Assembly (NCBI GenBank): GCA_965220725.1
Contig: OZ244840.1
Coordinates: forward strand, 1,268,180 to 1,332,179
Direction of reading: 5' to 3'
DNA from: Arenicellales bacterium
GTDB taxonomy: Bacteria > Pseudomonadota > Gammaproteobacteria > Arenicellales > JAJDZL01
DNA: 64,000 bases
The translations under genes and the position numbers were made by a program. The notes beneath the pieces are model-generated. The model did not search any database. It was not told the origin of the DNA and was given only the letters and a program-made list of their open reading frames with translations. Shown here in pieces: positions 45,184 through 56,400 of the stretch (the first letter of the stretch is position 1; each line of letters begins with the position of its first letter).

Positions 45184-46458
45184 CTAACCAGCCCCGAGCA
45201 GTTCCGACACGGTCCCCTCGATCGTGTCGTAGATGAAGTCCAGATCATCCTCGGTGACACAGTAAGGCGGGAGCACGTAGATGGTGTTCCCAAGCGGGCG
45301 CAGCAATACACCACTTTTCTGAAACCGAAGATACAGCTCGGTGCCAACCTGCGAGAGGTATCCGCCGTCCGGTACCACCACATCCATTGCTGCGATGGTG
45401 CCCTGCCGGCGCGTCGCGGTCAGGTACGCAGATTTCGAGATCTCGGACAGTTTGGCCTCCTGCATCGACGCGACCTTGGCCACCTGCTCTGAAACTTTTG
45501 GCGTTTTCCACATCTCCAGGTTGGCGGCGGCGACCGCACAGGCAATGGGATTCGCGGTATACGAGCTCGAATGGAAGAAGGTCTTGCTGCGGTCGGTGGA
45601 GTAGTGGGCCTGGAAGATCCGCTGGTGACACATGGTTGCCGCAAGTGGCAGGAACCCGCCGGTGATGCCCTTGGAGTAACAGGCAATGTCCGGAACAACC
45701 CCGGCCTGGTCACAGGCAAAAATCGTGCCGGTACGCCCCCAGGCGGTCATCACCTCATCGGCGATGAACAACACCTCGTAGCGTTCGCAGATCCGTTTCA
45801 TTTCGCTCAGGGTGTTAGCGCCGTACATCAGCATCCCGCCGGCACCGAGTACCAGCGGCTCAACAATGAAGGCGGCTACGTCATTGCCCGCGCGACAGGA
45901 CTGTTCAAGTCTGTCTAGGGTCTCCTGTTCACGGCCTTGATGGGGGAACGGAATGCTCTCAACCGAAAAAAGCAGGGGATTGTAGGGTTGGTTGAAGACG
46001 CCGCGCTCGCCGACCGACATGGTACCGATGGTGTCGCCGTGATAGCTGTGCTCAAGTACGATGATCCGGTCGCGGCGGATGCCCAGGTGGTGCCAGTAAC
46101 CGAGGGCCATTTTCAGTGCGACTTCGACCGCGGTGGAACCGCTGTCTGAGAAAAACACATGGTCCAACCCGTCCGGTGTGAGCTCATCCAGCAACCGGGC
46201 GGTGTGCTGTGCGGGCTCATGGGTGTAGCCGGCGAAGATCACCTGGTCGAGGCGCTCAATCTGCTGCCGTGCGGCCTGCTGCATGGTTGGATGGCAATGG
46301 CCGTGCGTGATCACCCACCACGATGAGATGGCGTCGATGATTCTTTCCCCATCGGCGGTATACAGGTAAGCACCGGACGCCCGGTCAATCTCGAGGAACT
46401 CTGGAAACAGGGCGTGCTGGGTGAATGGATGCCAGATCGTTGAGCGGGTTTGGTTCAT
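45184..46458 (-). CDS. bioA: Adenosylmethionine-8-amino-7-oxononanoate aminotransferase
   Basis: Class III aminotransferase. WHPF, SGSTAVE, FIADEV.T..GRTG, PLG.T.Y..PP. A 4-nt overlap with bioD upstream. Confidence 0.93.
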   Translation of the reverse strand: MNQTRSTIWHPFTQHALFPEFLEIDRASGAYLYTADGERIIDAISSWWVITHGHCHPTMQQAARQQIERLDQVIFAGYTHEPAQHTARLLDELTPDGLDHVFFSDSGSTAVEVALKMALGYWHHLGIRRDRIIVLEHSYHGDTIGTMSVGERGVFNQPYNPLLFSVESIPFPHQGREQETLDRLEQSCRAGNDVAAFIVEPLVLGAGGMLMYGANTLSEMKRICERYEVLFIADEVMTAWGRTGTIFACDQAGVVPDIACYSKGITGGFLPLAATMCHQRIFQAHYSTDRSKTFFHSSSYTANPIACAVAAANLEMWKTPKVSEQVAKVASMQEAKLSEISKSAYLTATRRQGTIAAMDVVVPDGGYLSQVGTELYLRFQKSGVLLRPLGNTIYVLPPYCVTEDDLDFIYDTIEGTVSELLGAG

Positions 46459-47114
46459 GTGAGCGCCTCTGTGAATTGGGTGATGTCAAAGTGGTTCTGA
46501 AATGCGGTTCGCAATGCCGAAAGGTCGAGCGGGTCCAGGAATGGCAATCGGCCGAGATGCCTGACCTCGCCCAGGCGGGGAATGATGGACTCATTTTCCT
46601 GATGCGGGTCGCCGACGAAGATCACACCGTGTAAGTCGACCGACCAGTGACGCAGGGCATCAATGGTCAGGAGTGTGTGGTTGATGGTACCGAGCGTGGT
46701 TCGGGCGCAGACGATCGCCGGCAGTTGCCACTCGCAAAAGGCCTTGACGAAAAGCATGTCGGCGGTGAGCGGCACCATCACACCTCCTGCGCCTTCCACA
46801 ATCAGCGTGGATGCGGTATCGGGCAGGGTCAGCTGGTCGATGTCGATTTCAACACCGTCGATGGCTGCCGCCAGATGCGGTGAGGCGGGTGTGTTCAACC
46901 GGTAGGCTTCCGCAAAAAAATGCTGATCGGGCAGGCCGGTGACGCGCCGGACGAATTCGGTGTCGGTCTCCTCGTCAAGCCCGGCCTGCACCGGCTTGAA
47001 GTAGGCTGCATTCAATGCATCAACCAGCATGGTACTGACCACCGTCTTGCCGATACCGGTGTCGGTTCCGGTGACGAGAAATCCACGAGGGGCGGTGTTG
47101 GGTGTCTGTGACAT
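46455..47114 (-). CDS. bioD: Dethiobiotin synthase
   Basis: GFLVTGTDTGIGKTVVS P-loop, EGAGG. The start is either the ATG at 47114 (4 nt after the bioF stop) or the one at 47141. Confidence 0.9.
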   Translation of the reverse strand: MSQTPNTAPRGFLVTGTDTGIGKTVVSTMLVDALNAAYFKPVQAGLDEETDTEFVRRVTGLPDQHFFAEAYRLNTPASPHLAAAIDGVEIDIDQLTLPDTASTLIVEGAGGVMVPLTADMLFVKAFCEWQLPAIVCARTTLGTINHTLLTIDALRHWSVDLHGVIFVGDPHQENESIIPRLGEVRHLGRLPFLDPLDLSALRTAFQNHFDITQFTEALT

Positions 47115-47118
47115 TGGT

Positions 47119-48282
47119 TCAGATCTCAATGGGTGTCGCATTCAGTTGCTTCATGATGCGGTAAAGTGTATCAAACATCTGGTTGATCTCGTCTTCGGTT
47201 ACATTCAGGGTGATGGAAATCCTGAGCCTCGAGGTGCCGGTGGGTACCGTGGGCGGCCGGATGGCCCGCAGGTCAAAGCCTGCCCGCTGCATCTGCCCGG
47301 CGATTTGTGTCGTCAGTGATTCATCTCCGATGATGAAGGGAATGATCTGCGAGCCACTGCCGCGGACTCCGAATCGGCGTTCGAGCTCATGATTGGCGAA
47401 GTCAGCGCGTTGCTTGAGTTCCTGCCTCAGTTCGGGATGGGATGCAATGGTCCGCAACGCGGCTCGGACCGCAACCGCGGTCAGCGGTGACGGTGCGGTC
47501 GAATAGATGAATGGCCGACAGCGGGTGACCATGTAATCGATCAGCGTCGATGGCGCACAGATCAGCGCGCCCGCAGCACCCAGCGCCTTGCCGCAGGTAT
47601 GCAGCACAATCAGATTGTCATGCCCCTGCCAGGGTTCGGTCAGCCCGCACCCGCCATCACCAAAAAGGCCGGTGGCATGCGCTTCGTCAACCAGCAGCAT
47701 CGCATTGTGACGCTCGGCGATGCGGACCAGTTCCCCGAGCGGTGCCTGGTCTCCGTCCATGCTGTAGAGACTCTCGACCACAATCCACGCAACCGAGGAC
47801 GATGCCCGATCTGCGTGCCAGTTTGCAATGACCCTGTCGATCGCATCCGGGTTATTGTGCGCTACCTTGACACCAGTTGCCTGGGTGGTGAAGACACCCT
47901 CGCGGATGCTCGCATGGGACAAGGCGTCAAAGACAATCAGGTCCTGCTTTTTGGGCAGGGTGGTGAGCAAGGCAAAGTTGGCGCTGTAGCCGCTGCTGAA
48001 AAAAAGGGATTTCCCGCAACCGAAAAACGCCGCTGCCTCCTGTTCGAGTTGCTGATGGACGTCATGGTTGCCCCGAAGCAGGCGTGAGCCACCGGCACCC
48101 AGGGCAATGCCGTCCTTGAGCGCATGTTCGACCGTGCGGCGAATCTGTTCATGGTGGCTGAGTCCGAGAAAGTCATTGGAGGTGAAATCAATGCCCTCGA
48201 TTGCGGACAGTTCCCGTTTGAGGTGGCGGTCGCGAAGGACGGTCAACTCTTCATCGCAGCGTCTGATCAGGTCATCTTTCAT
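47119..48282 (-). CDS. bioF: 8-amino-7-oxononanoate synthase
   Basis: SNDFLGLS, DEAH..G, and a GKALG-type PLP lysine region (HTCGKALG). Trimmed to the ATG at 48282, because the first 35 codons of the track ORF look non-coding. Confidence 0.9.
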   Translation of the reverse strand: MKDDLIRRCDEELTVLRDRHLKRELSAIEGIDFTSNDFLGLSHHEQIRRTVEHALKDGIALGAGGSRLLRGNHDVHQQLEQEAAAFFGCGKSLFFSSGYSANFALLTTLPKKQDLIVFDALSHASIREGVFTTQATGVKVAHNNPDAIDRVIANWHADRASSSVAWIVVESLYSMDGDQAPLGELVRIAERHNAMLLVDEAHATGLFGDGGCGLTEPWQGHDNLIVLHTCGKALGAAGALICAPSTLIDYMVTRCRPFIYSTAPSPLTAVAVRAALRTIASHPELRQELKQRADFANHELERRFGVRGSGSQIIPFIIGDESLTTQIAGQMQRAGFDLRAIRPPTVPTGTSRLRISITLNVTEDEINQMFDTLYRIMKQLNATPIEI

Positions 48283-48386
48283 TCGAGGTGGTTTGTGTTG
48301 AATGACATGGAAAATCGATTTTTGTGCATAATACTTGGAGAACAACAACGAACCCAGTGTAATTTTAGGGATTTTGAGGAGGCGCA

Positions 48387-48920
48387 ATGAGATTCAAGTT
48401 TCGACTTTCACTCTTTTTCATGTTGGCAATCGGTCTGACCCCGTGTGCCGTACACGCGCATACCTATTCATCCGAGTCAAAAACCGACGAGCAGGCGCTT
48501 GCGGTGCTGGAGAATCGAAGTGAGTTCATGAAAAACCTGGGCTCAGCCATGAAAGCCTTTACGAACTATCTGCGACGAGGTGACGGAAACCCGTCGGACT
48601 TGAGTGCGATGGCGCGGGAAATCGCTGACAACGCGCCAGGCATTCCTGATCTGTTCCCTGAAAACACGGGGATCGACCACTTCGAGGACAGCGAGGCGAT
48701 AGCTGCGGTGTGGGAGAACTGGCCTGAATTCGTTGCGGCGGCCAATGAACTAGTCGAGCCCGCACAAGCCCTGGCCACGGCCTTTGCCGCGGTCGCAGAC
48801 GGTGTGGAGGATGCGGAACATGATGCGGCCGCAAGATTCAGGGACCTGGGTCGCATCGGCTGCAAATCCTGTCACGACCGGTTCCGCGATGAGGATCATG
48901 ACCATTCAGCACATGATTGA
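48387..48920 (+). CDS. Class II c-type cytochrome (cytochrome c'/c556-like), periplasmic
   Basis: Signal peptide, a four-helix-type sequence, and a single CKSCH heme motif near the C-terminus, followed by the Asp/His-rich tail DEDHDHSAHD. Confidence 0.72.
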   Translation: MRFKFRLSLFFMLAIGLTPCAVHAHTYSSESKTDEQALAVLENRSEFMKNLGSAMKAFTNYLRRGDGNPSDLSAMAREIADNAPGIPDLFPENTGIDHFEDSEAIAAVWENWPEFVAAANELVEPAQALATAFAAVADGVEDAEHDAAARFRDLGRIGCKSCHDRFRDEDHDHSAHD

Positions 48921-49006
48921 GTGAGGCGTTTGAGATTTGTTCATTTCATGCCGCGTGTAGCATAATGCACGCTATCGTATTCATTTTTCCAACAAGTGGT
49001 AGAGCT

Positions 49007-49504
49007 ATGAAAACCATAAACAAACTTTCACTGTCCTTTCTGTTGGTGTTCGGTCTGACCATACCCGTTGCGCAAGCCCAGTCCGGACCGTCTATGGTCG
49101 CATCCGAGGAGGAGGCCATGGCAGTATTGGAGAATCGCAGTGAATTCATGAAGGGGATGGGCAGTGCGATGAGGGCTTTTTCGAATTATCTCAAGCGCGG
49201 TGACGGCGAACCGCTGGAGTTGGGTTCGATGGCGGCTGACATCGCGGAAAACGCCTCGTCGATTCCCGACCTGTTCCCAAAAGACACCGGCATGGCACAG
49301 TTTGAGGACAGTGAGTCCAAGCCCAATATCTGGGAGCAATGGGATGAGTTTGTCGACGCCGCCAATGGTCTGGTTGAACCGGCCATGGCAGTGGAGGCGG
49401 CCTTTGAATCAGGGGATCAGGGTCAGATTGCCGCCAGTGTCAAGGCGCTTGGCGGAAATGGATGCCGCACCTGCCACACGTCATTCCGAGAGAAGAAAGA
49501 GTGA
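49007..49504 (+). CDS. Class II c-type cytochrome (cytochrome c'/c556-like), paralogue
   Basis: Roughly half the residues are identical to the preceding gene (AVLENRSEFMK..GSAM.AF.NYL.RGDG). CRTCH lies near the C-terminus. Trimmed to the ATG at 49007, which precedes the signal peptide MKTINKLSLSFLLVFGL. Confidence 0.72.
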   Translation: MKTINKLSLSFLLVFGLTIPVAQAQSGPSMVASEEEAMAVLENRSEFMKGMGSAMRAFSNYLKRGDGEPLELGSMAADIAENASSIPDLFPKDTGMAQFEDSESKPNIWEQWDEFVDAANGLVEPAMAVEAAFESGDQGQIAASVKALGGNGCRTCHTSFREKKE

Positions 49505-49508
49505 CGGC

Positions 49509-50192
49509 TCAGCCGTACTGATAGAAAATCCAGACCATGATGGCCGCCGTGACCAACGCGGTTGCGGCGCCTTTCCAGTTGGGCGCCAGGGTTGGCTTGT
49601 CTGCAGCCACACTCTGTGGAACGGCCTTTTGACCGATAATCATCGGCTTGACCAGGTTGTCCTTTTTGTAGACGTAGTAAAACAGGCTGGCTGCCAGATG
49701 CAGCGCGATAAGCGTCAGCAAAATGGATTCATTGTCCAGATGAACATCGGTTGCCCAACGACTCAGATCATAACTGACGTAGTAGGCGAAAGGACCCTCG
49801 ATCAGACCATCAATGTCTGAGGCTACCAGCCCGGTGGCCACCTGCACGGTGATGATCACCAATATCGCGATTACTGCGAGCGAACCGATCGGGCTGTGAC
49901 CAACACTGTAGCCTGGCTCGCGCAGGTGCAGACTCCTGACATACCCGACATAGTCCCGTGGATGGAATATCAGCGCGCGGAATCGTGCATTCGAGCTGCC
50001 GACAAATCCCCAGATGATCCTGGCGACGAGCAGCATTGCGATCAGCTTGCCGGTGAATATGTGGACATCGAAGTTGTCCAGTTCGGCGCTGATGAACATG
50101 ACCGCAACCAGTATGGCGAGCAGCCAGTGGAATATACGCAACGGCAGATCCCAGATTCGAATGGAGACTTCGTTGGAATTATCGGAATTCAT
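49509..50192 (-). CDS. Cytochrome b561 / Ni-hydrogenase b-type cytochrome family membrane protein
   Basis: IRIWDLPLRIFHWLLA (conserved His in TM1), four TM segments, further His in TM2 and TM4 (GHSPIG, HLAAS). Confidence 0.78.
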   Translation of the reverse strand: MNSDNSNEVSIRIWDLPLRIFHWLLAILVAVMFISAELDNFDVHIFTGKLIAMLLVARIIWGFVGSSNARFRALIFHPRDYVGYVRSLHLREPGYSVGHSPIGSLAVIAILVIITVQVATGLVASDIDGLIEGPFAYYVSYDLSRWATDVHLDNESILLTLIALHLAASLFYYVYKKDNLVKPMIIGQKAVPQSVAADKPTLAPNWKGAATALVTAAIMVWIFYQYG

Positions 50193-50859
50193 GATGGGAA
50201 ATCGAGATTAACCGTTATCGAGGCTTTTTGACGGCATGGTTGGTTTTCCAGCAAACAATCATAAACAGGCCTCGTTCAATAAAATTTTACCGCGACTTGA
50301 AACGGTGGTCTCACTCAGATCATCAATTGAGATACTTGCCATTTGCGGTTTGCCATCACTTTACTGTAACGACTTGATTCTACCAAGTATATAGTCAATC
50401 TACACAGCGTAACAGATGCCGTTGTCAAGAAACTCAAAAACAACACGAGCGCTGAGGGCGCACATTGAATGACATCGCCGGGTTGAGTATGGTATAAAAC
50501 TTGCTGACACAGGCATTGCGACATCCCCCAATTCTTCCAAGGCATCGGGTTTCTTGTGCATCAGCATAGTGGAGTCTGCCTGTGGCTATCTTTCATGACG
50601 TTCCGACGCAATGACCGCAAGCCGCTCTCTGGCTGGCGACTTTCTGTGCGGTTTGACGGTGATGGTGACTTGGTCCTGTGGACTGTTCTCATCACGCCTT
50701 GAAGTGAAGTCAGACAAACACCCCCGGCGACGGAACCGTCTTGAATTTCAGGTGACAGAACACCCGACCGATCGTGAAAATTCAAGGCAGCGGGTGGGAT
50801 GGAGAAACAGGGGGTGTCAACAGGTGGAGAGGCAAGTCAACCAGACAGGAGAAATCAAA

Positions 50860-51132
50860 ATGAGCAGCAGATACAGGAACAGCAATTCGAGCAATATGAA
50901 CGGGCATCGCAGAGCGGCACGCATGGGCATTCCACCAACCGGGCGCGCCGATGAACAGCAGCCGCCATCATGCCCCGAATGTGGCAATGACTCTGTCGCC
51001 AGGATTCTCTACGGCCTGATGGTTCCAAGCTCCAGATTGTCAGAGGAGTTGAGAGCACGCCGGGTCGTATGCGCGGGCTGTGTCGTCAGGGATGAGCAGT
51101 GGAAGTGCAATCGCTGCGATTTCGAATTCTGA
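50860..51132 (+). CDS. Small zinc-ribbon protein (hypothetical)
   Basis: AGGAG lies 7-8 nt upstream of the ATG at 50860. 90 aa with CPEC...CAGC...CNRC cysteine pairs. The longer 173-aa track ORF has an implausible N-terminus. Confidence 0.45.
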   Translation: MSSRYRNSNSSNMNGHRRAARMGIPPTGRADEQQPPSCPECGNDSVARILYGLMVPSSRLSEELRARRVVCAGCVVRDEQWKCNRCDFEF

Positions 51133-51201
51133 TATCGGTCCGAGGCGGAATCTCACGCAATGCCGCGACTGATTGTCCAGCGGAAATTTCGGTACAACTG
51201 A

Positions 51202-51229
51202 TTGAAAACTTTTCCATCACATATATAAT
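51202..51229 (+). promoter_or_regulatory. Candidate sigma-70 promoter for rpoZ
   Basis: TTGAAA (51202-51207), a 16-nt spacer, then TATAAT (51224-51229), 75 nt upstream of the rpoZ ATG. Confidence 0.35.
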
Positions 51230-51303
51230 TTATCGCAATAACTCCTTGGTTAACCTTTTCCGTCAGTTCCTGGCAGCGGCAATGCAATTCTTAGAGGTGA
51301 GAA

Positions 51304-51633
51304 ATGGCTCGTATTACTGTAGAAGATTGTCTTGAAAAAGTTGAAAACAGATTTCAACTGGTTTTGATCGCGACCAAACGCGCACGCCAACTCGCAGGCG
51401 GCGCCATGCCGATGGTCGAAAGAGACAATGACAAGAATACGGTCATCGCCCTGCGCGAGATAGCCGAAGGATACATTACCGCGAGCATTCTGGACGAGGA
51501 CGACACGCCGATCATTGCCAATCCATTCGAGCTCCAAACCGAGGACCTGGAACTGACGCGAGACGAGCAGGAAACGTTACCGGATGCAGACAGCGAACCA
51601 GCTGATCAAGACGTCGAGCAGCAAGTTAGCTGA
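51304..51633 (+). CDS. rpoZ: DNA-directed RNA polymerase subunit omega
   Basis: [30 protein letters not shown]. Confidence 0.95.
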   Translation: MARITVEDCLEKVENRFQLVLIATKRARQLAGGAMPMVERDNDKNTVIALREIAEGYITASILDEDDTPIIANPFELQTEDLELTRDEQETLPDADSEPADQDVEQQVS

Positions 51634-53806
51634 ACTGTCTCGCTTCCTGGGCGTTACCGACAACGAAAAACGGCAGTTTGATGAACTGAGCAGCCTGCTC
51701 GGGCAGTATCTTGACAAAAGTGAATTAGCGGACGTTCGCCGCGCCTTCGAGCTCGGCGCCGCCGCCCACGAGGGCCAGCGGCGCATCAAGGGCGAGAAAT
51801 ACATCAATCACCCGCTGGCGGTTGCCAAACGGCTGGCCCGCCTCCACCTGGACAGTCATACCATCATGGCTGCCATTCTCCACGATACCCTGGAAGACAC
51901 GAAAATCACCCGGGATCTGCTGCAGCGCGAGTTCGGCACCGACGTCGCCAACCTGGTCGACGGCGTCAGCAAGGTCACCGGCACCGAGTTCAAGGACAAG
52001 ACCGACGAGGAGGCGGAAAACCTGCGGCGCCTCCTGATCGCCGCCGCCGCCGACATCAGGGTCATCCTGATCAAGCTGGCGGACCGCATGCACAACCTCG
52101 ACTCGCTGGAAGTGCACCGCCTCGACAAGCGCAAGCGAATCGTCAACCAGACCCGCGAGATCTACATCCCGATGGCCTACATGCTCGGCATGCACGAGTG
52201 GCACCAGGACATGGAGGATCTGTGTTTCAAAGCCATCTATCCCGACCGCTACAAGACCATCGAAAACGCAATCAACCGGATTGTGACCGCGAAAACCCGG
52301 AACATCATGAAACGTCACGCAAAAACCATCACCGACTCACTTGGTGAGATGGATATTTCCGCCGACGTGTCCTGGCGCCGCAAACGGGTCTCGGCCATTC
52401 ACGAGAAGATGCGCCGAAAACGCGAGTCCTACCAGTCCATCTCCTTCAATGCGATCAAGGACCTGTTCGGAATCCGGGTGGTGCTCGAAAGCGAGGACGA
52501 CTGTTATCGTTCACTTGGCATCATTCACCGCCAGTTCACGCCGATCTCCCACGAATTCGACGACTACATCGCAATCCCGAAAATCAATGGCTATCGCTCC
52601 CTGCACACCAGCGTCTACGACGAGTCCGGACGAATCATGGAGATTCAGATCAGGACCCGCAGGATGAACGATATCGCAGAACACGGAATCGCCTCGCATC
52701 TGAGCTACAAGAACGGCGTCCGACCCGAACAGATCTTCACCCTGGATGACATTCCGTGGTTGAAGGATGAGCTGAGCCACTCGTTTGAGAAACATGAGGT
52801 GTCCAGCGAGTACCTGGAGAACCTCAAGCGCAACCTGTTTTATGACAGCGTGTTTGTCATGACACCGCAAGGCGACATCAAGCGGCTGAAAAAAGGTGCC
52901 ACCGTCATCGATTTTGCCTACGCGGTGCACACCGAGCTCGGCGATCAGGTGAAGTCCGCCACCATCGGCGGTACGCCGGTACCCTTGCACACGGTACTCG
53001 AAGATGGTGATCTGGTCGAAATCAAGAAAAGAAAATTCGGCAAGCCGGATCCGCAGTGGGAGAAATTCGTGGTCACCGGCAAGGCCAAAATGGCGATCCG
53101 CCGTGCCATGAAGGACAAGACAGCCAAGGATTACGTGAGGATGGGGGAACGGTTGTTCAAGAATGCCCTGAAAAGGCAGAGAGTCAAGTCGTCCGCCATC
53201 ACCGACGAGTTGAAGCAGAATCTGGCAAGAAAGCTGCACCTGGACGGCTGGCGCACAATTCTTCACGAGATCGGCGCCGGGCGGCGTTTCGCGCCGGTGA
53301 TTGTCAGCCAGCTGCTGTCCGATGAGTCGCCGGGTACCGAGAAACTCCCCGGCGGTGATATGTCCGTGTCGATTGATGGCACCGAAGGCACGGTGGTGCA
53401 GTACGCAAAGTGCTGTCATCCCATCCCCAATGACTCCATCGTTGGGTTCTGGAGTACTGCCGGAGGCATTGTGATCCATGTTGCCGACTGCAACAATGTG
53501 CGCAACTCCCGGTTTCCGCCCGAGCGCTGGCAGAAACTGTTTTGGACCAGCAAGCCCGAGGGTGTGTTCCGCGTCACCATTCGCGTCGAGTCCGAGGACC
53601 GAAGCGGTCTGCTGGCTGAAATCGCAACCAAGATCGCATCGGTGAATGCGAACATCGGCGATTGCCGGCTGGTCAGTTCGGAAGCCTCGACAGTGACACT
53701 GGAATTTGACCTTGACGTGACCGACCGCAAGCATCTCGCGGACATCATCCGCAGGGTCAGGGATGTCAATTCGGTTTTTCATATCCAAAGACACAGGTTG
53801 GTGTGA
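51584..53806 (+). CDS. spoT: Bifunctional (p)ppGpp synthetase/hydrolase
   Basis: HD domain ([23 protein letters not shown]), synthetase domain (YRSLHT), TGS and ACT domains. The annotated ATG overlaps rpoZ by 50 nt, so the true start is uncertain. Confidence 0.92.
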   Translation: MQTANQLIKTSSSKLAELSRFLGVTDNEKRQFDELSSLLGQYLDKSELADVRRAFELGAAAHEGQRRIKGEKYINHPLAVAKRLARLHLDSHTIMAAILHDTLEDTKITRDLLQREFGTDVANLVDGVSKVTGTEFKDKTDEEAENLRRLLIAAAADIRVILIKLADRMHNLDSLEVHRLDKRKRIVNQTREIYIPMAYMLGMHEWHQDMEDLCFKAIYPDRYKTIENAINRIVTAKTRNIMKRHAKTITDSLGEMDISADVSWRRKRVSAIHEKMRRKRESYQSISFNAIKDLFGIRVVLESEDDCYRSLGIIHRQFTPISHEFDDYIAIPKINGYRSLHTSVYDESGRIMEIQIRTRRMNDIAEHGIASHLSYKNGVRPEQIFTLDDIPWLKDELSHSFEKHEVSSEYLENLKRNLFYDSVFVMTPQGDIKRLKKGATVIDFAYAVHTELGDQVKSATIGGTPVPLHTVLEDGDLVEIKKRKFGKPDPQWEKFVVTGKAKMAIRRAMKDKTAKDYVRMGERLFKNALKRQRVKSSAITDELKQNLARKLHLDGWRTILHEIGAGRRFAPVIVSQLLSDESPGTEKLPGGDMSVSIDGTEGTVVQYAKCCHPIPNDSIVGFWSTAGGIVIHVADCNNVRNSRFPPERWQKLFWTSKPEGVFRVTIRVESEDRSGLLAEIATKIASVNANIGDCRLVSSEASTVTLEFDLDVTDRKHLADIIRRVRDVNSVFHIQRHRLV

Positions 53807-53917
53807 AAGACCGACCCGGCTTTGACTACAATTTCTCAGCGGGCGCCAGGCGTCCGATTTCAATCAGACCATGACCGGCGTTCATTCGGGAGTGCCGGGG
53901 ACAGGAGGAGTACTTGA

Positions 53918-54301
53918 ATGGCAAACAGACAGATCATCAGCACCGATAACGCGCCGCAGGCGATTGGCGCTTACTCGCAGGCCGTCAGACACGCAGATAC
54001 AGTTTACATTTCCGGGCAGATCCCCCTGGATCCTGCAACGCAGGCTGTTGTCGAGGGCGACACCCGTGCACACATCGACCGTGTATTTCAGAACCTGCAG
54101 GCGGTAGCCCAGGCGGCCGGCGGCACTTTGGCCGATGTTGTGAAACTGACTGTGTACCTGACCGACCTTGGCGACTTTCCTGTCGTCAACGAGGTCATGG
54201 CCGAGTACTTTGATGAGCCGTATCCGGCGCGTGCCGCAATCGGTGTGGCATCCCTGCCCAAGGGGGTATGCGTGGAAATGGATGCCGTAATGATGCTTTG
54301 A
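53918..54301 (+). CDS. ridA: RidA family reactive-intermediate deaminase
   Basis: [12 protein letters not shown].....[24 protein letters not shown]. Confidence 0.9.
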   Translation: MANRQIISTDNAPQAIGAYSQAVRHADTVYISGQIPLDPATQAVVEGDTRAHIDRVFQNLQAVAQAAGGTLADVVKLTVYLTDLGDFPVVNEVMAEYFDEPYPARAAIGVASLPKGVCVEMDAVMML

Positions 54302-56400
54302 TCCCGGTGGACTCACCCCATCCGTCATTTGCAGACGAGGCGCCGGTCACGCAACTGCCGCGCGTCACCACCAAACTCGCTTCACTGCTTGAAAAAATCG
54401 GTGTGACCCAGGTCAGGGACCTGCTGTTTCACCTGCCCTATCGCTATCAGGATCGCTCCCGGTCGATTCCAATCGGGCAGGTCATGGTTGGTCAGACGGC
54501 GATTGTGACCGGGCGGATTGTTGATGTGCAGGTCAAGCCCGGAAGGCGTCGCAGCCTCATGGTACGCCTCGCCGATGAATCCGGGTCCATGCGCATGCGC
54601 TTGTTTCATTTCAATCACGGCCAGCGGCAACGGCTCGAGGATGCGATCTGGCTTCGCTGTTTCGGCGAGGTTCGATTGGTGCAGAATTCCTATGAGATGA
54701 TCCATCCTGAATACTCGACCTACAGCTATCCGCCACCGGAAGTCAGCACCGACAGCTACACACCGGTATATCGTCTCACCGAAGGGATTGGACAGAACAT
54801 GATGCGCTCCCTGGTTGGCAATGCGCTTGACCTGTTTCTGAAACAGGAGTTCGAGGACCCGCTGCCGGAAGCTGTAATGGAATCAAACGATCTGATCAGT
54901 CTCAGGGAGGCCCTGCAGCTGGTGCATCAGCCACCTGTTGGCGAATTCGAGCTGGAAACCGAAGAGCATGAGCAACCGGCCATGCGCCGATTGATTTTCG
55001 AGGAGCTGGTGGCGTTCCAGACAGCCAGCCGGACACACAAGGCGCTGCGCCAGGCCGCCCGCGCGCCTGAGCTGGTACCGACAGGCGATCTGTCGCGGCG
55101 ACTCAAGGAATCCCTCACATTCGAGCCGACCGAATCACAGCGCAAGGTGATCTATGAGATTATCGGGGATCTGAAAAAGACCATCCCCATGCTGCGCCTG
55201 GTTCAGGGGGATGTCGGGTCGGGCAAAACCCTGGTGGCTGCGGCTGCCGCCGCGTGGGTGGTCGACTCCGGCTATCAGATCGCAATCATGGCACCAACCG
55301 AACTGCTTGCGGAACAGCACCTGAAATCATTTTCGGACTGGTTTTCCCCGCTTGGCGTTGACGTGCGGCTGCTGACCGGAAAGCTGCCCGCCAAGGAGCG
55401 TCGAAGTGTGGAGGATGCGATGCGCTATGGCCAGGCCAGGATCATCATCGGTACCCATGCACTGTTTCAGGACAAGGTGGAGTTCAGCAAGCTGGGACTG
55501 GTAATCACCGACGAGCAGCACCGTTTTGGCGTCGGACAGCGCTACGCGTTCCGTCAGAAGGGCGTCAGCGGCGAGTCGGTCCCTCATCAATTGGTGATGA
55601 CGGCAACTCCGATTCCGCGCACCCTGGCCATGACATTCTATGTGGATCTGGATGTTTCCAGCATCACCGAACTGCCACCCGGCCGGGTTCCGGTCGAGAC
55701 CCGGATCATGCCGTCAAGCCGGCGGCGCGATGTGATTGATCTGATCAGAAAACTGTGCAGCACCGGACAACAGGCCTACTGGGTGTGTCCGATCATTGAG
55801 AAATCCGAACTGCTGGACGTTGAATCCGCCGTGGAGGCGGAAAAGTACGTCAAGAAGTCCCTGCCCGACCACAAGGTCGCGCTGGTGCACGGGCGACTGA
55901 AAAGCGCGCAGCGCGACACCATCATGAAATCCTTTCGAGATGGTGACATTGACGTATTGGTGGCGACCACGGTGATCGAGGTGGGCGTCGATGTGCCCAA
56001 CGCCAGCTTGATGGTGATTGAGAGCGCCGACCGGCTGGGGCTGTCGCAGCTGCATCAGTTGCGCGGGCGTGTCGGACGCGGCGCCGCGCAGGCGCGGTGC
56101 GTGCTCCTGTTCAAATCGCCGCTGGCGGATTCCGCCAAGCGGCGTCTCAATGTGATGCGCGACACCACTGACGGATTCAAGATTTCGGAAACCGACCTGG
56201 AGTTGCGCGGGGCCGGGGAACTGATGGGCACCCGGCAGACCGGATCACAGCTGTTTCGGATTGCCGAACTGCCGCGCGATATCGGGATGATCCATGATGT
56301 CAATCAGGCAGCGCAGCTGATCCTGGACAAGTATCCGCAGCACGCGCAGCAGCTGATCCGGCGCTGGGCGCCGAAAGAGGGTGAGTACAGTGCTGTCTGA
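54268..56400 (+). CDS. recG: ATP-dependent DNA helicase RecG
   Basis: [11 protein letters not shown] wedge domain, Walker [36 protein letters not shown]. The start is ambiguous (ATG 54268, TTG 54298 or GTG 54307). Confidence 0.93.
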   Translation: MRGNGCRNDALIPVDSPHPSFADEAPVTQLPRVTTKLASLLEKIGVTQVRDLLFHLPYRYQDRSRSIPIGQVMVGQTAIVTGRIVDVQVKPGRRRSLMVRLADESGSMRMRLFHFNHGQRQRLEDAIWLRCFGEVRLVQNSYEMIHPEYSTYSYPPPEVSTDSYTPVYRLTEGIGQNMMRSLVGNALDLFLKQEFEDPLPEAVMESNDLISLREALQLVHQPPVGEFELETEEHEQPAMRRLIFEELVAFQTASRTHKALRQAARAPELVPTGDLSRRLKESLTFEPTESQRKVIYEIIGDLKKTIPMLRLVQGDVGSGKTLVAAAAAAWVVDSGYQIAIMAPTELLAEQHLKSFSDWFSPLGVDVRLLTGKLPAKERRSVEDAMRYGQARIIIGTHALFQDKVEFSKLGLVITDEQHRFGVGQRYAFRQKGVSGESVPHQLVMTATPIPRTLAMTFYVDLDVSSITELPPGRVPVETRIMPSSRRRDVIDLIRKLCSTGQQAYWVCPIIEKSELLDVESAVEAEKYVKKSLPDHKVALVHGRLKSAQRDTIMKSFRDGDIDVLVATTVIEVGVDVPNASLMVIESADRLGLSQLHQLRGRVGRGAAQARCVLLFKSPLADSAKRRLNVMRDTTDGFKISETDLELRGAGELMGTRQTGSQLFRIAELPRDIGMIHDVNQAAQLILDKYPQHAQQLIRRWAPKEGEYSAV

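Noticed and set aside
50690-50790. RNase P RNA-like strings (gaagtgaagtcagac and gacagaacacccgaccgatcg resemble GGAAAGUCCGGGC and ACAGAACCCGGCUUAUCGG)
   Set aside because: The two strings are only about 60 nt apart, against about 270 nt in type A RNase P RNA. The universally conserved GGAAAGUCCGG core is not actually present, and no P4 pairing is evident.
51584-51633. 50-nt overlap of spoT with rpoZ, considered as possible programmed coupling
   Set aside because: More likely a start-codon assignment problem. The first ATG of the open frame lies inside rpoZ, and no alternative canonical start is obvious just downstream. Flagged as start uncertainty only.
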